NCBI GenBank assembly: GCA_964388425.1
Contig: CAYMAP010000002.1
Coordinates: 1 to 39,053 of the forward strand
Reading direction: 5' to 3'
From: an uncultured Planctomycetaceae bacterium
Lineage (GTDB): Bacteria > Planctomycetota > Phycisphaerae > SM23-33
DNA length: 39,053 nt
In this document: positions 16,325-24,129 of the stretch, in pieces
How positions within the stretch are numbered: the first letter of the stretch is position 1
Layout: the number at the start of each line of letters is the position of its first letter
The notes under the pieces: generated by a model
The model's database searches: none
What the model was told of the DNA's origin: nothing
What the model saw: only the letters and a program-made list of their open reading frames with translations
Translations under genes and position numbers: made by a program

Positions 16325-17307
16325 GCTACAGCCTTTCCGTCTTTGTCGGGGGCGTCGGGTGCGGGCAGGTCGGGTCGCGGGAGCAGGCCGGCGCGGTCGA
16401 GGATTTCCGGCACGCGTTTTTCCCATTCGATGGCCATCAGGTGGATACCCGCGACACCCTCGGTGTTGCGGAGGCGGTCGATCTGTTCGAGGCAGATCGT
16501 GATGCCTTCTTCCGCGCCGTCCTCGGCGGCGTCGAGGCGTTTGAGATATTCCTCCGGCACGGTGATGCCGGCGACGTGGCTGGCCATGTACTGGGCCATG
16601 CGGGCGCCCTTGAACGGCGTGAGCCCGGCCATGATGTAGCACTGCTCGTGCAGCCCGAGGTTGCGGACCTCGGCCATCCAGGCGTCGAAGCGCTCCATGT
16701 CGTAGATGCACTGGGTCTGGATGAAGTCCGCGCCGGCTTCGACCTTGCGAGCGAGTCGCTGGGCGCGGTAGTCCAGGGGCGTGGCGAAGGGGTTGGCGGC
16801 GGCGCCGATGAACAGGCGGATGGGCACGACGTCGGATTTTTTGGTGTTGCGGAGTTCCTCGCCGTTGATGAACTTCCCCTCGCGCATCGCCGCGGCGGTG
16901 CGGAGGAGTTGGATGGAGTCGAGGTCGTAGACGTGGCGGGCGGTGGGGTGGTTGCCGAAGCACTGGTGGTCGCCGGTCAGGCAGAGCAGGTTGCGGACGC
17001 CGAGGCAGTGGGCGCCGAGGAGGTCGGCCTGGATGGCCAGGCGGTTGCGGTCGCGGCAGGTCATCTGCATGACCGGTTCGAGCCCGCGGTCGACGAGCAA
17101 CTTGCTGACGCCGACGGAACTGATGCGGACGATGGCGGTCTGGTTGTCGGTGACGTTGACGGCGTCGACGGCTCCACGGAGGTACTCGGATTTCTTGTCG
17201 ACGACCGAGATGTCGGCGGACTTCGGCGGGCCGAGTTCCGCGGTGACGGCGAAGCGGCCGGCCGCGAGAGTGCGTTCGAGATTGCTGCCTGATTTCAGTT
17301 CGCTCAT
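16321..17307 (-). CDS. metF: Methylenetetrahydrofolate reductase, acetogen/anaerobe MetF type, 328 aa
   Basis: The product reads ..FAVTAELGPPKSAD..AVNVTDNQTA..QMTCRDRNR..NLLCLTGDH..FIGAAANPF..ADFIQTQCIYD. A MetV gene lies directly upstream. Confidence 0.9.
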   Translation of the reverse strand: MSELKSGSNLERTLAAGRFAVTAELGPPKSADISVVDKKSEYLRGAVDAVNVTDNQTAIVRISSVGVSKLLVDRGLEPVMQMTCRDRNRLAIQADLLGAHCLGVRNLLCLTGDHQCFGNHPTARHVYDLDSIQLLRTAAAMREGKFINGEELRNTKKSDVVPIRLFIGAAANPFATPLDYRAQRLARKVEAGADFIQTQCIYDMERFDAWMAEVRNLGLHEQCYIMAGLTPFKGARMAQYMASHVAGITVPEEYLKRLDAAEDGAEEGITICLEQIDRLRNTEGVAGIHLMAIEWEKRVPEILDRAGLLPRPDLPAPDAPDKDGKAVA

Positions 17308-17322
17308 GGAAAGTTCCTGGTG

Positions 17323-17997
17323 CTATTCGTCCAATACCGCGATGTCTTCGCGCGTGAGTTTTCGGGGTCGTCCGTCGTGCATTTTCGACCAGTCACGTGG
17401 GTCCTGGGCGGCGGTGAGGATGTCGAGCTGGTCGAGGGCGGTCAGGCGGTCGATGATCTTCGCCCAGCCGCACTCGATGTCGTCGGTGTCGACTTCGCAC
17501 ATGCCGTCGGCGGACCCGCCGCAGGGGCCGTTGCAGAGGCTCTTGCTGCACTGGCTGACGGGGCAGACCCCGCCGAAGATCCCGAGCTTGCAGTCCCCGC
17601 AGCCGAGGCAGGCTTCCGACCAGAGGCCGGCCCCTTCGTTGATGCCCATCATCTGCGTGTTCAGGGCGGGGTAGACGGGGAGGTTCTCGAAGCGGCGTGC
17701 GGCGAGTTGAACGCCCACGCCGCAGGCGGTGGAGACGATGGCGTCGGCCGGGCCGGGGAGGTCCTCGCCGGCGTCGAAAAATTCCACGTCGCACTGGCGT
17801 TCGAGGGTCTGTTCGGCGACGTTTTCGAAGTCTCCGCTGAGTCGCAGCAGGGAGGCGAGTGTGGCGACTTCGCGTTGTCCGCCGGCGTTGCAGACGCTGA
17901 CGCAGGTCTCGCAGCCGAGCACGAGGATGTTCTTGTGGCCGTGGTCGGTGAGATATCCGCGGACTTCGTCGATCGGTTTTTGTGTGGCTACGATCAT
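17323..17997 (-). CDS. metV: MetV (methylene-THF reductase C-terminal-domain-like Cys-rich small subunit), 224 aa
   Basis: ORF 17323..18468 is trimmed to the ATG at 17997, an ATGA overlap. The motifs are LGCETCVSVCNAGG.., ..CLGCGDCKLGIFGGVCPVSQCSKSLCNGPCGG... and CGW. It is adjacent to metF. Confidence 0.85.
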   Translation of the reverse strand: MIVATQKPIDEVRGYLTDHGHKNILVLGCETCVSVCNAGGQREVATLASLLRLSGDFENVAEQTLERQCDVEFFDAGEDLPGPADAIVSTACGVGVQLAARRFENLPVYPALNTQMMGINEGAGLWSEACLGCGDCKLGIFGGVCPVSQCSKSLCNGPCGGSADGMCEVDTDDIECGWAKIIDRLTALDQLDILTAAQDPRDWSKMHDGRPRKLTREDIAVLDE

Positions 17998-19652
17998 GGT
18001 GTGGTGCTTTCGGCGTTCGGCTCTCGGCCATCGGCGGAGAGCAGGTCGATGAGGCGGTGTGTTTCGGTGGCGATGAGGCTGCCCCAGGCGAGGCGGCTGG
18101 CGTCGAAACCGGCGGCGGTTAATTGCCGTTTCAGGCGGACGAGGCGTTTTTCCGCCCGCGTGGGGCCGTCGAGGTACTGGCAGGCGTCTTCGTTGCAGGT
18201 CAGGACCAGTACGCGGTCTGCGCCGGCTTCGAAGGCGGCCAGGACATTGCGGGGGTCGACCTGCGAGGCGCAGGGGACGCGGACGAGGTGGGTGTTTTTC
18301 GGGAGCCCCAGGCCCTGCTCGGCAGCGGCTTCGGCGGCGGGGTGGGCGGAGTTTTCGCAGGCGAAGACGACGGTCCGGCCGGGCTGGAAGTCGGCGCGGA
18401 GCTGCGGGTCGTCGTAGCCGGGGAGGGTGATGGCCTGGGCGGGGCACTCCGCGGCGCAGAGGCCGCAACGCTGGCAGGCGACGGGTGCGATACGGGCGGC
18501 CTGGTCGGCGGGGTCGAAGTCGATGGCGGCATGCGGACAGAGCCGCAGGCAGGTCAGGCAGGCCACGCAGGTCTCAGCGTCGACTTCGGCGGCTCCGCCG
18601 GGCAGTGTCCAGGTTTCCCCGACCAGCAGGTCCGCGACGTGGCCCGCGGTCAGGGCTGACTCGCGTCGTACGGCTTCGAGGTCGGCGTTGAGGTTCTCGG
18701 CCCCGAGGGCGAAGACGCCGGGGCGGGAGGTTTCCGTCGGGAGTTGCCAGACGTTCTCGCCCCGGCCGGTGGCTTTTCGGCAGCGGAAGATCGCCAGCAG
18801 GTCGTCCAGGGCGGTCGCCGGCAGGAGGTCGGCGGCGACGAACAGGTCGAACGTGCCCCGCAGGACCCGGCCGAGTTCGAGGTCATGTGCGGCGAGGGCG
18901 ACGCCGTCGGATTCTTCGCCGACTGTGGGCAGGCCGTCGTATCGGCAGAGTTCCACGCCGGCGGCGCGGGCGGCGCGGTAGACGCGCTCCAGCCCGGGCG
19001 AGCTGACGCGGACGTGCTTGCAATAGATGCGGATGCGCTGCGAGCCGCGCATTGCGAGGTAGCGGGCGGCGGCGAAGACGGTGGCGGTGGTCATCCGCCC
19101 CTGCTGGGCGACGGCGTCGGTGAGCAGGGCGACCGAGCGGGGGATGTAGCCCTTGCGGACGTTGAGCATCAGCCCGGGCAGGGTGGTGGCCCGGCGGGAG
19201 GTGTCCAGCCCGACGTCCTCCGGACGGGCGGGGGTGAACGGCTCGGGGGCGAGGACGACGGCCCCGGCAGGCAGTTCGATGGAGTTTTCTTCGCTGCGGA
19301 GCGTGACGCGGAAGTTCCCGGCCTGGCCGGTGACGCGGATGACGGCGGTGCCGGTCAGCACGTCGACGCGGTCGGATTGTTCCAGCCGTCGGGCGAGGTT
19401 CGCCAGGGAGTCGTCGAAGTCGGCGGGAACTTCGGCGTCGACGGCGGCGAGTTCGGCGAGGAAGCCCACCATCGCGCCGGTCAGGTCGTCGAGGGGCTTG
19501 TCCGCCGGGCAGGCGAGCGTGACGGCGGTGCCGCGGTCGGCCAGTTGCAGGGCGGTCAGGACCGCCGAGACGCCCGAGCCCACCACCAGTGCCCGCTGCG
19601 TGACGGGGATGGTGATCTCCGGGGGAGTCGACTGGGAGGCGGGTTGGATCAT
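17994..19652 (-). CDS. Degenerate HdrA-like protein with 2x[4Fe-4S] and a C-terminal MvhD-like domain, 552 aa
   Basis: ORF 17994..20336 is trimmed to the ATG at 19652, an ATGA overlap. It has a Rossmann-like VVGSGVSAV. The HdrA CVGSR/CC cysteine signature is absent (SVALLTDAV..TTATVFAAARY). The motifs CVACLTCLRLCP and CQRCGLCAAECP are present. The MvhD-like tail is VVFACENSAH..VRVPCASQVDP..LVLTCNEDACQY. Confidence 0.7.
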   Translation of the reverse strand: MIQPASQSTPPEITIPVTQRALVVGSGVSAVLTALQLADRGTAVTLACPADKPLDDLTGAMVGFLAELAAVDAEVPADFDDSLANLARRLEQSDRVDVLTGTAVIRVTGQAGNFRVTLRSEENSIELPAGAVVLAPEPFTPARPEDVGLDTSRRATTLPGLMLNVRKGYIPRSVALLTDAVAQQGRMTTATVFAAARYLAMRGSQRIRIYCKHVRVSSPGLERVYRAARAAGVELCRYDGLPTVGEESDGVALAAHDLELGRVLRGTFDLFVAADLLPATALDDLLAIFRCRKATGRGENVWQLPTETSRPGVFALGAENLNADLEAVRRESALTAGHVADLLVGETWTLPGGAAEVDAETCVACLTCLRLCPHAAIDFDPADQAARIAPVACQRCGLCAAECPAQAITLPGYDDPQLRADFQPGRTVVFACENSAHPAAEAAAEQGLGLPKNTHLVRVPCASQVDPRNVLAAFEAGADRVLVLTCNEDACQYLDGPTRAEKRLVRLKRQLTAAGFDASRLAWGSLIATETHRLIDLLSADGREPNAESTTP

Positions 19653-20767
19653 GCGGGCACCTCGCGGAGGTCGGCGGCGATGGCGCCTGCGGCGGCGCGG
19701 GCCTGGGCGATGGCCTGGGCGAGGTCCATGGGTCCCCTGCAGGCACCGGCGAGGTAGACGCCGTCGCGGTCGGAGAGTCCCGCGAGGTTGGCGAGCCTGG
19801 GCTGGAAGAAGCCCTGCGGGTCGGTCGCGATGCCGAGGCGTGCGGCGAGTTCGGCGGCGTCGGGGTTGCAACGCATGCCGATGGACAGCACGACGAGGTC
19901 GAACGTCTCGGTCTGGTCGGCGGTGGTCTGCTGGTCTTCGTAGAAGACGGTGACGCGGTCTTCGGGGGCGGCTTCGAGGCGGTACGGGCGGGCCTTGAGG
20001 AAGCGGACGGCCTGGCGGGTCTCGGCGAGGAAGGTTTCGAAGTCCCGCCCGAAGCGCTGGAGGTCCATGTAGAAGACGGTCAGGTCGGTTTCGTCGCGGA
20101 GGTGTTTCAGCAGGCGTGCCTGTCGGAGGGCGTAGGCGCAGCAGACGGTCGAGCAGTAGTCGGTCTGCTGGGGGCCGCGGTGGGTCTGTTCGGTTCGCGA
20201 GCCGACGCACTGGATAAAGGCCAGTCGGTCGGGGGCCTTGCCGTCGGAAGGGCGCAGGATCGGCTTGCGATCGCCGAGCATGGCCGCTTCGAGGTCGGCG
20301 GCGGTCAGGACGTTGGGCAGCCGGCCGTAGTTCCATGCGCGGTCGGTGGCGGCGTCGTAGGGCTCGAAGCCGGTGGCGAGCAGGACGGCGTCGGCGTCGA
20401 GCGCGTCCGGTGCGTTGTCGGGGGAGTCCAGTTCGACGGTGAATCGCCGGCCGTTACTGCCCGGCCGGAGGGCGCGGAGTTCCGTGTGGGTGTGGACGGT
20501 GATGCCGTCGGTCTGCCGGAAGGCCCGTCGGAGGAGGTTCTGGGCGAGGCAGACGTTGCAGCGAAGGCAGTGGTCGGTGGCCTTGCAGGAGAAGCGTGCC
20601 GCCCTGCCGCCGGGACATTCGCTGCGTTCGGCGAGGTGGACTTCGCACCCGGCGTCACGGAGCGACAAGGCCGCTGCGGCACCGGCAGGACCCGCACCCA
20701 AAATGAACACCCTCCCGAAAACCTCGTCGAGGGGGCGTTGACAGATGTCGATGGATCGAAGGTACAT
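19649..20767 (-). CDS. hdrA: HdrA-like FAD-dependent oxidoreductase core (no ferredoxin domains), 372 aa
   Basis: It carries the motifs VFILGAGPAGAAAA, FIQCVGSR..YCSTVCCAYALRQA and GVYLAGACRGPMDLAQAIAQA. It is the first gene of the redox operon. Confidence 0.8.
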   Translation of the reverse strand: MYLRSIDICQRPLDEVFGRVFILGAGPAGAAAALSLRDAGCEVHLAERSECPGGRAARFSCKATDHCLRCNVCLAQNLLRRAFRQTDGITVHTHTELRALRPGSNGRRFTVELDSPDNAPDALDADAVLLATGFEPYDAATDRAWNYGRLPNVLTAADLEAAMLGDRKPILRPSDGKAPDRLAFIQCVGSRTEQTHRGPQQTDYCSTVCCAYALRQARLLKHLRDETDLTVFYMDLQRFGRDFETFLAETRQAVRFLKARPYRLEAAPEDRVTVFYEDQQTTADQTETFDLVVLSIGMRCNPDAAELAARLGIATDPQGFFQPRLANLAGLSDRDGVYLAGACRGPMDLAQAIAQARAAAGAIAADLREVPA

Positions 20768-20948
20768 CGCTGTTTGGAGGATTGTAGCAGGATGGGTCTC
20801 ACAGACAAAACGGAATCGGGGAAATCAGGGCCATTTTTGTGAAGACGCCGGCGACGAACATGACGCAGTGCGGTGGATTTCCCTTGGCAGGATGTCGGCC
20901 TCCGTGGTACACCCCGTCTTTCCGATGCGACGCCGCGAGGAGACCACG

Positions 20949-22232
20949 ATGAAAAACCGCTGGATGATCGCTGCCTGTGCCGTGGGGATTCACATTTCGA
21001 TCGGCTCGGTCTACGCCTGGAGCGTGATGAAGGACCCGCTGCAGGCCCTGACGGGCTGGTCGCTGGGCCAGATCACGCTGACGTTCAGCGTGGCGATCTT
21101 TTTTCTGGGCCTGTCGGCTGCGACGATGGGGCACTTCGTGGAGAAGCGCGGGCCTCGCTGGGCGGGCTCGGTTGCGGCGGTGTTTTTCGGCGCGGGGCTG
21201 GTCACGGCGGGGCTGGCGGTGTCGCTCAAACAGCTCTGGCTGCTGTGGGTCGGCTACGGGGCGATCGGCGGGATCGGGCTGGGCATCGGCTACATCGCCC
21301 CGGTCTCGACGCTGGTGAAATGGTTCCCTGACCGGCGGGGTCTGGCGACGGGTCTGGCGATCATGGGCTTCGGCTTTGCCTCGCTGATCGCCGGGCGGGT
21401 CATGCATCTGATCAACACCACGCTCGGCCCGGCGGAGACGTTTTATCTCCTCGGCGGGGCCTACTTCTTCCTGATGTTCCTCAGCAGCCAGTACCTCGCC
21501 CCGCCGCCGGAGGGCTGGCTTCCGGCGGGCTACGAGGCGAAGCTCAACGCCGGAAAAACGAAGGTCCGGGCGGACCTCTCGCAACTCTCAGCCAACCAGG
21601 CGGTGCGGACGAGGCGGTTTTATTTTCTCTGGCTGATGCTGTTCATCAACGTCACCTGCGGGATCGCGGTGATTTCCGTCGCCTCGCCGATGGGCCAGGA
21701 GATCGCGGGCATGACCCCCGCAGCCGCGGCGACGATGGTCGCCCTGATGGGGCTGTTCAACGGCGGCGGGCGGATCGTCTGGGCGAGCTTCAGCGACGTC
21801 ATCGGCAGGCCGATGACCTACACGCTGTTTTTTGCGCTGCAGATCGGGGCCTTCCTGCTCCTGCCGATCAGCATGGAAGCCTGGCTGCTGCAACTGCTGA
21901 TCTTCCTGATCATGACCTGCTATGGCGGGGGATTCTCTTGCATTCCGGCGTATATCGGAGACCTGTTCGGCACGAAGCAACTGGCGGCGATTCACGGATA
22001 TGTGCTGACGGCGTGGGCGGCGGCGGGACTGGTCGGGCCGACGCTGGCGGCGTTCGTCCGGCAGACGACGGCGAGCTACACGGCCACGCTGTACATCTTC
22101 GCGGGGTTTTTCGGCATCGCACTGGTCGTCAGTCTCCTGACAATGCTCGATATTCGGCGAATTCGCGCGGGAACTACCGGTGCCGCCACCGCCGAAGCCG
22201 TCATCGCTGAGGAAACTTTCGTTGTCGAGTGA
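20949..22232 (+). CDS. MFS transporter, oxalate/formate antiporter (OFA) family, 427 aa
   Basis: The start was chosen at MKNRWMIAACAVGIHISIGSVYAWSV.., an OFA-typical N-terminus. Earlier in-frame ATGs at 20925 and 20892 are possible. It is polytopic and hydrophobic throughout. Confidence 0.8.
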   Translation: MKNRWMIAACAVGIHISIGSVYAWSVMKDPLQALTGWSLGQITLTFSVAIFFLGLSAATMGHFVEKRGPRWAGSVAAVFFGAGLVTAGLAVSLKQLWLLWVGYGAIGGIGLGIGYIAPVSTLVKWFPDRRGLATGLAIMGFGFASLIAGRVMHLINTTLGPAETFYLLGGAYFFLMFLSSQYLAPPPEGWLPAGYEAKLNAGKTKVRADLSQLSANQAVRTRRFYFLWLMLFINVTCGIAVISVASPMGQEIAGMTPAAAATMVALMGLFNGGGRIVWASFSDVIGRPMTYTLFFALQIGAFLLLPISMEAWLLQLLIFLIMTCYGGGFSCIPAYIGDLFGTKQLAAIHGYVLTAWAAAGLVGPTLAAFVRQTTASYTATLYIFAGFFGIALVVSLLTMLDIRRIRAGTTGAATAEAVIAEETFVVE

Positions 22233-22480
22233 GATCCCCGGCACCCTCCCCCACGTTGACGTTGTACTGCTGTCGCCAGAAGCCCTGCCAGCCTCTGGAG
22301 GTTGGTTTTGCGAGTCGGGAAATGGCCACTCCTGCGGCGCAGCTACCCGAAGGCGGATGACAGGAAACACCGTGGATGCAACATGCTTTGCTCTGCGAGG
22401 CGGTGATCATGGCTGGGCTGTGAGGGGCTCACGCCACCCCGCCGAAATCGACATCGGATAGCTCAAAGCCGACGGGTTGT

Positions 22481-24001
22481 TCAGTGCGACAGCGCGTAGG
22501 CCAGGAGGTTTACGCCGATGCGGAGGGCGTCGAGGTCGCTGTAGCCGCGGTTGTAGGCGAATCCGAGCTGTTCCCACCCGGCGGCGAGTCCGAAGGGCGA
22601 GTAGATGACGGCGAGCTGGCCGTTGACCTCGATGCCTTCGAGGACGGGGACGTTCAGGCGGGGCTGCTGGGCCTTGACCAGAGGCGTGTAGTCGACGCTG
22701 CCGATCGTATAGGGCAGTTGGTAGAGGCTGTGGTCGGTGGGGAGAGGTTTGAACCCGGCGTCGGGCAGGACACGCTGGAGTTCGCGCCGGAAGGCGGCGT
22801 CGAAGGCGGCTCGACCGGCAGCGGCATCGGCGATCAGCAGCCCGCCGTGTCGCAGGTACGCCCGAAGCCGGCTGACCTCGCGGTCCGAGAGCGTGAAATC
22901 CCGCAGGCCGGTCATGTGCAGGACCGGGTGTTCGACGACGTCCGGGTCAGTGAGCCGGAGCAGCTCGCGCTTGAACTGGACGTTGAGGGTGGTCTCCTCC
23001 TGGACGTATTTCATGAGGTTCGGCAGGGCGTGGGGCGTGGGGTCCCAGTGGCCTTCGTGGACGACCTGGGCGAGAACGAGTTGATCCCGGCTGGGGTCGT
23101 CCTGCTCGGGGTAGCGCTTGCCGGTCCCGAAGGCGCGGGCGTACTGGAAGTTCGCCAGGACCGTCGTGACGATGTTCATGCCCAGGGCGAGTCCGTCGTG
23201 TCGATGATAGAGCAGGCCTCCGCGGATGGGATGATTGACGATATCCCATGAACAGTTCAGGTCGATGGGCGAGAGGATGACGGCCGGCCGGCAGCCGAGA
23301 TAGACCGCTTCGAGGTACGGCGGGTTGTGCTGGATGGGTTCGGTTCCCTTCCGGAAGCGGACGGTCTTGACGGGCGTGTAGGCGTGAAACAGCGGGCTGT
23401 CGGGGTCGATGACGTCGAGCTTGCGTTTGGGAAACAGTCTCGCAATGAGTTCCCGTGCGGACTGGTGAAATTCCGGTCGCCCGCACTGGGCGTGCAGGAC
23501 GAGCGTCCCGCCGTCGTAGAGGTAGCGTTGAAGCTTGGCCAGCAGGTCGCCAGGGATTTTCGGCAGGGGGGTCCACCCGGTGATGTAGAGCAGGGGCAGT
23601 TCGGTGGGGTCCCAGGAGAATTTCCGGAACGTGGTGGTCATGTATCGGTACCGCAGGCCGAGGTGTTTGTTGGCCTGATTCATGAGCGGTTCGATGTCGA
23701 CCTGGGTGGTGGGGAAGGCCCGGACCTTCTGCCGCTTTCCGTCGACGATGCGGTGGGTCTCGCCCTCGAACTGGATGAGTCCGACCAGCGCGGGCGGGGC
23801 GGGCTGGCGTTTGCGTTCGCTTCGACGGAGCGGTGTGGCGGGCAGAGGCAGGGGGGGCAGACTCTCGGCGGCGGCACGGCGGTGCGGTTTGGCTCGCGGG
23901 GGCCTGAGCTTGGGGTTGACGAACGGCTCAGCCGGGCAGAGCGAAACCCACAGCAGGCCGCCTAGCAGAAGGATCGCAAGGGGTCGGGCGTAATGCGTCA
24001 T
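22481..24001 (-). CDS. Secreted protein with two DUF4159-like domains, 506 aa
   Basis: It has the signal peptide MTHYARPLAILLLGGLLWVSLCPA. There are two internally similar modules (..ELPLLYITGW..LLAKLQRYLYDGGTLVL.. and ..EHPVLHMTGL..EVSRLRAYLRHGGLLIA..). The family assignment comes from motif memory only. Confidence 0.6.
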   Translation of the reverse strand: MTHYARPLAILLLGGLLWVSLCPAEPFVNPKLRPPRAKPHRRAAAESLPPLPLPATPLRRSERKRQPAPPALVGLIQFEGETHRIVDGKRQKVRAFPTTQVDIEPLMNQANKHLGLRYRYMTTTFRKFSWDPTELPLLYITGWTPLPKIPGDLLAKLQRYLYDGGTLVLHAQCGRPEFHQSARELIARLFPKRKLDVIDPDSPLFHAYTPVKTVRFRKGTEPIQHNPPYLEAVYLGCRPAVILSPIDLNCSWDIVNHPIRGGLLYHRHDGLALGMNIVTTVLANFQYARAFGTGKRYPEQDDPSRDQLVLAQVVHEGHWDPTPHALPNLMKYVQEETTLNVQFKRELLRLTDPDVVEHPVLHMTGLRDFTLSDREVSRLRAYLRHGGLLIADAAAGRAAFDAAFRRELQRVLPDAGFKPLPTDHSLYQLPYTIGSVDYTPLVKAQQPRLNVPVLEGIEVNGQLAVIYSPFGLAAGWEQLGFAYNRGYSDLDALRIGVNLLAYALSH

Positions 24002-24129
24002 GTCGGGTCTCCGGATTGGGCCCCGCGGGCAGAACGGTCACCAGCCAGTATAACGCATGGCGAGGCGATGGCTTGCCCAAGGGCAAAAAAACTTGCCGAT
24101 CGACCTTCGGACAAGGGGGGGCGAAGCGG

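Noticed and set aside
17994-20767. The possibility that the two hdrA-like genes are one gene broken by a frameshift, i.e. a pseudogene.
   Set aside because: The junction is a clean ATGA overlap like five other junctions in the operon. Each product begins with its own dinucleotide-binding fold, so they are two paralogous modules rather than two halves. This remains testable by comparison with orthologous loci.
22233-22480. Small ORFs 22180..22461(+) and 22201..22410(-) in the gap between the convergent transporter and DUF4159 genes.
   Set aside because: They have no RBS and no motifs, and the two overlap each other on opposite strands. Only a weak 5-bp hairpin is present, so neither a gene nor a terminator is called.
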